Assembly: GCA_937935995.1 (NCBI GenBank)
Contig: CALGXF010000067.1
Span: forward strand, 1 to 60,505
From: an uncultured Alphaproteobacteria bacterium
Lineage (GTDB): Bacteria > Pseudomonadota > Alphaproteobacteria > CAAHEQ01 > UBA3637
DNA: 60,505 bases
Direction of reading: 5' to 3'
The position numbers and the translations under genes are program-made. Numbering within the stretch: position 1 is the first letter of the stretch; every line of letters starts with the position of its first letter. Positions 59,591-60,505 of this stretch are shown in pieces. Under the pieces are notes generated by a model. It had not been told where the DNA came from. It saw only the letters and a list, made by a program, of their open reading frames with translations, and searched no databases.

Positions 59591-60391
59591 ATGTCTATTC
59601 AATTTAAAGGACTTCATTTACAAAAAGATAAATATACGGATGGTTCTAAGGCGGCTGTATATGTTGTCGATGAGGATGGCCGCAAAAATGGCTCTTATGA
59701 ACAGTATCTTCCTCAAGGAACGCTTTTTATAAAAACGACTTATAAGAATGATGAACTCAATGGGTTGTATGAACAATACTTCGCTAACAACCAATTAAAT
59801 ATCAGATGCACATATAAAAATGGCCAAAAAAACGGACTTTACGAAGAATATTTGCATAAAGGAACGCTTTTTATAAAGGCTGTTTATAAGAACGATAAAT
59901 TAAACGGTCCGTATAAAGAATTTTTTTCTGATGGCCGGGTGAGTGAGAAATGTACTTATAAAGATGGTGAAAGAAACGGGTTGTTTGAAAGTTTTTATCC
60001 CAATGGCCGCCGGGCTTCCAGACGTTTATATAAGGAAGGCCTAGAGGAAGGAGTCTCTAACACGTATCATCCAAATGGAAAATTGAGTAAGAAATGTACT
60101 TATAAAAACGGCAGGAAAGATGGTTTATATGTATCTTATTACGCTACCGGCCAGTTGAAAGAAAGAATATTTTATGAAGATGGAATTCCGAATGGTCCAT
60201 ACGAAAAATATTATGATAATGGGTATGTCAGAGAAAAAGGAACTTATGTGGCCGGGCAAAGAAAAGCCTATGGTGTATATACGCCGGATGGACATTTGAG
60301 GTATGGTTGCGAAGGAGGATCATCGCTTACTGAGGAACAAAAACGAGTTTTGGTGGCTTTGAATAAAGCAAAAGAAAATGAGCGCCAATAA
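59591..60391 (+). CDS. MORN-variant repeat protein (YwqK-like)
   Basis: 266 aa with at least 8 repeats of the type 'YKNGxKNGLYExYxxNGQL'. Confidence 0.8.
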   Translation: MSIQFKGLHLQKDKYTDGSKAAVYVVDEDGRKNGSYEQYLPQGTLFIKTTYKNDELNGLYEQYFANNQLNIRCTYKNGQKNGLYEEYLHKGTLFIKAVYKNDKLNGPYKEFFSDGRVSEKCTYKDGERNGLFESFYPNGRRASRRLYKEGLEEGVSNTYHPNGKLSKKCTYKNGRKDGLYVSYYATGQLKERIFYEDGIPNGPYEKYYDNGYVREKGTYVAGQRKAYGVYTPDGHLRYGCEGGSSLTEEQKRVLVALNKAKENERQ

Positions 60392-60402
60392 TAAGTCCAA
60401 GT

Positions 60403-60469
60403 AAAAAAGGAACCTGTTTAACAGGTTCTTTTTTTATGATTGAAGAGGTGTGAAGACGCCTCTTTTTTG
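60403..60469 (+). terminator. Two tandem rho-independent terminator hairpins
   Basis: GGAACCTGT-TTA-ACAGGTTCT followed by TTTTTT, and AGAGGTG-TGAAGA-CGCCTCT followed by TTTTT. Confidence 0.75.
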
Positions 60470-60495
60470 TATTTTTCGCTTGACAGATGTTGGGG

Positions 60496-60505
60496 AGATC
60501 GGAAG
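60496..60505. other. Illumina adapter remnant at the 3' end of the contig
   Basis: The last 10 nt, AGATCGGAAG, equal the start of the TruSeq adapter AGATCGGAAGAGC. Confidence 0.65.

Overview
The window looks like a complete 60.5-kb contig. It starts with a 21-nt poly-G run and ends with the first 10 nt of the Illumina adapter (AGATCGGAAG). The organism is moderately AT-rich and probably a host-associated alphaproteobacterium. Clues are a GAAC-N7-GAAC SOS box, a CTTG...CTTATGT heat-shock promoter, an MlaD/DUF2155 context, a DUF1058-type SH3 protein, and Sel1, MORN and mTERF-like repeat proteins. Most of the window is core genome. It holds a nine-gene N-type ATPase operon (atpD-C-Q-R-B-E-F-A-G order, no delta gene, Na+-type c subunit). 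It also holds an M48/TPR protease, a GGT-like lipoprotein, two mlaD paralogs plus DUF2155, queA, sodB, tRNA-Leu(GAG), an Hpt-OmpR-EnvZ-like operon, trpS and zupT. Further core genes are yqeY-dnaG-rpoD, rplU-rpmA, obg-rsfS, mfd, clpB, a LexA-box-controlled umuC-like polymerase, outer-membrane barrels and a K+ channel. The outstanding accessory region is a visibly more AT-rich block at about 24.9-33.1 kb, next to tRNA-Met(CAT), whose 3' end is duplicated 207 bp away. This block holds a tightly overlapping 8-gene operon: ASCH, HAM1/ITPase, PfkB kinase, P-loop kinase, a 501-aa radical SAM enzyme with a CX4CX2C motif, an HhH-GPD-like protein, a dTMP-kinase-like/HAD-nucleotidase fusion, and a two-Cys racemase-like protein. 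A heavily decayed DNA methyltransferase pseudogene follows it. I cannot assign this operon to any known pathway and consider it the best candidate for an undescribed nucleotide or nucleic-acid modification system (possibly defence). Other notable items: a G12 tract inside a promoter spacer (candidate phase variation), an mTERF-like repeat protein, GGT-like and dUTPase-like proteins with degenerate catalytic motifs, and an unannotated 50-aa Cys-rich ORF. No rRNA, CRISPR array, transposase or integrase was seen.
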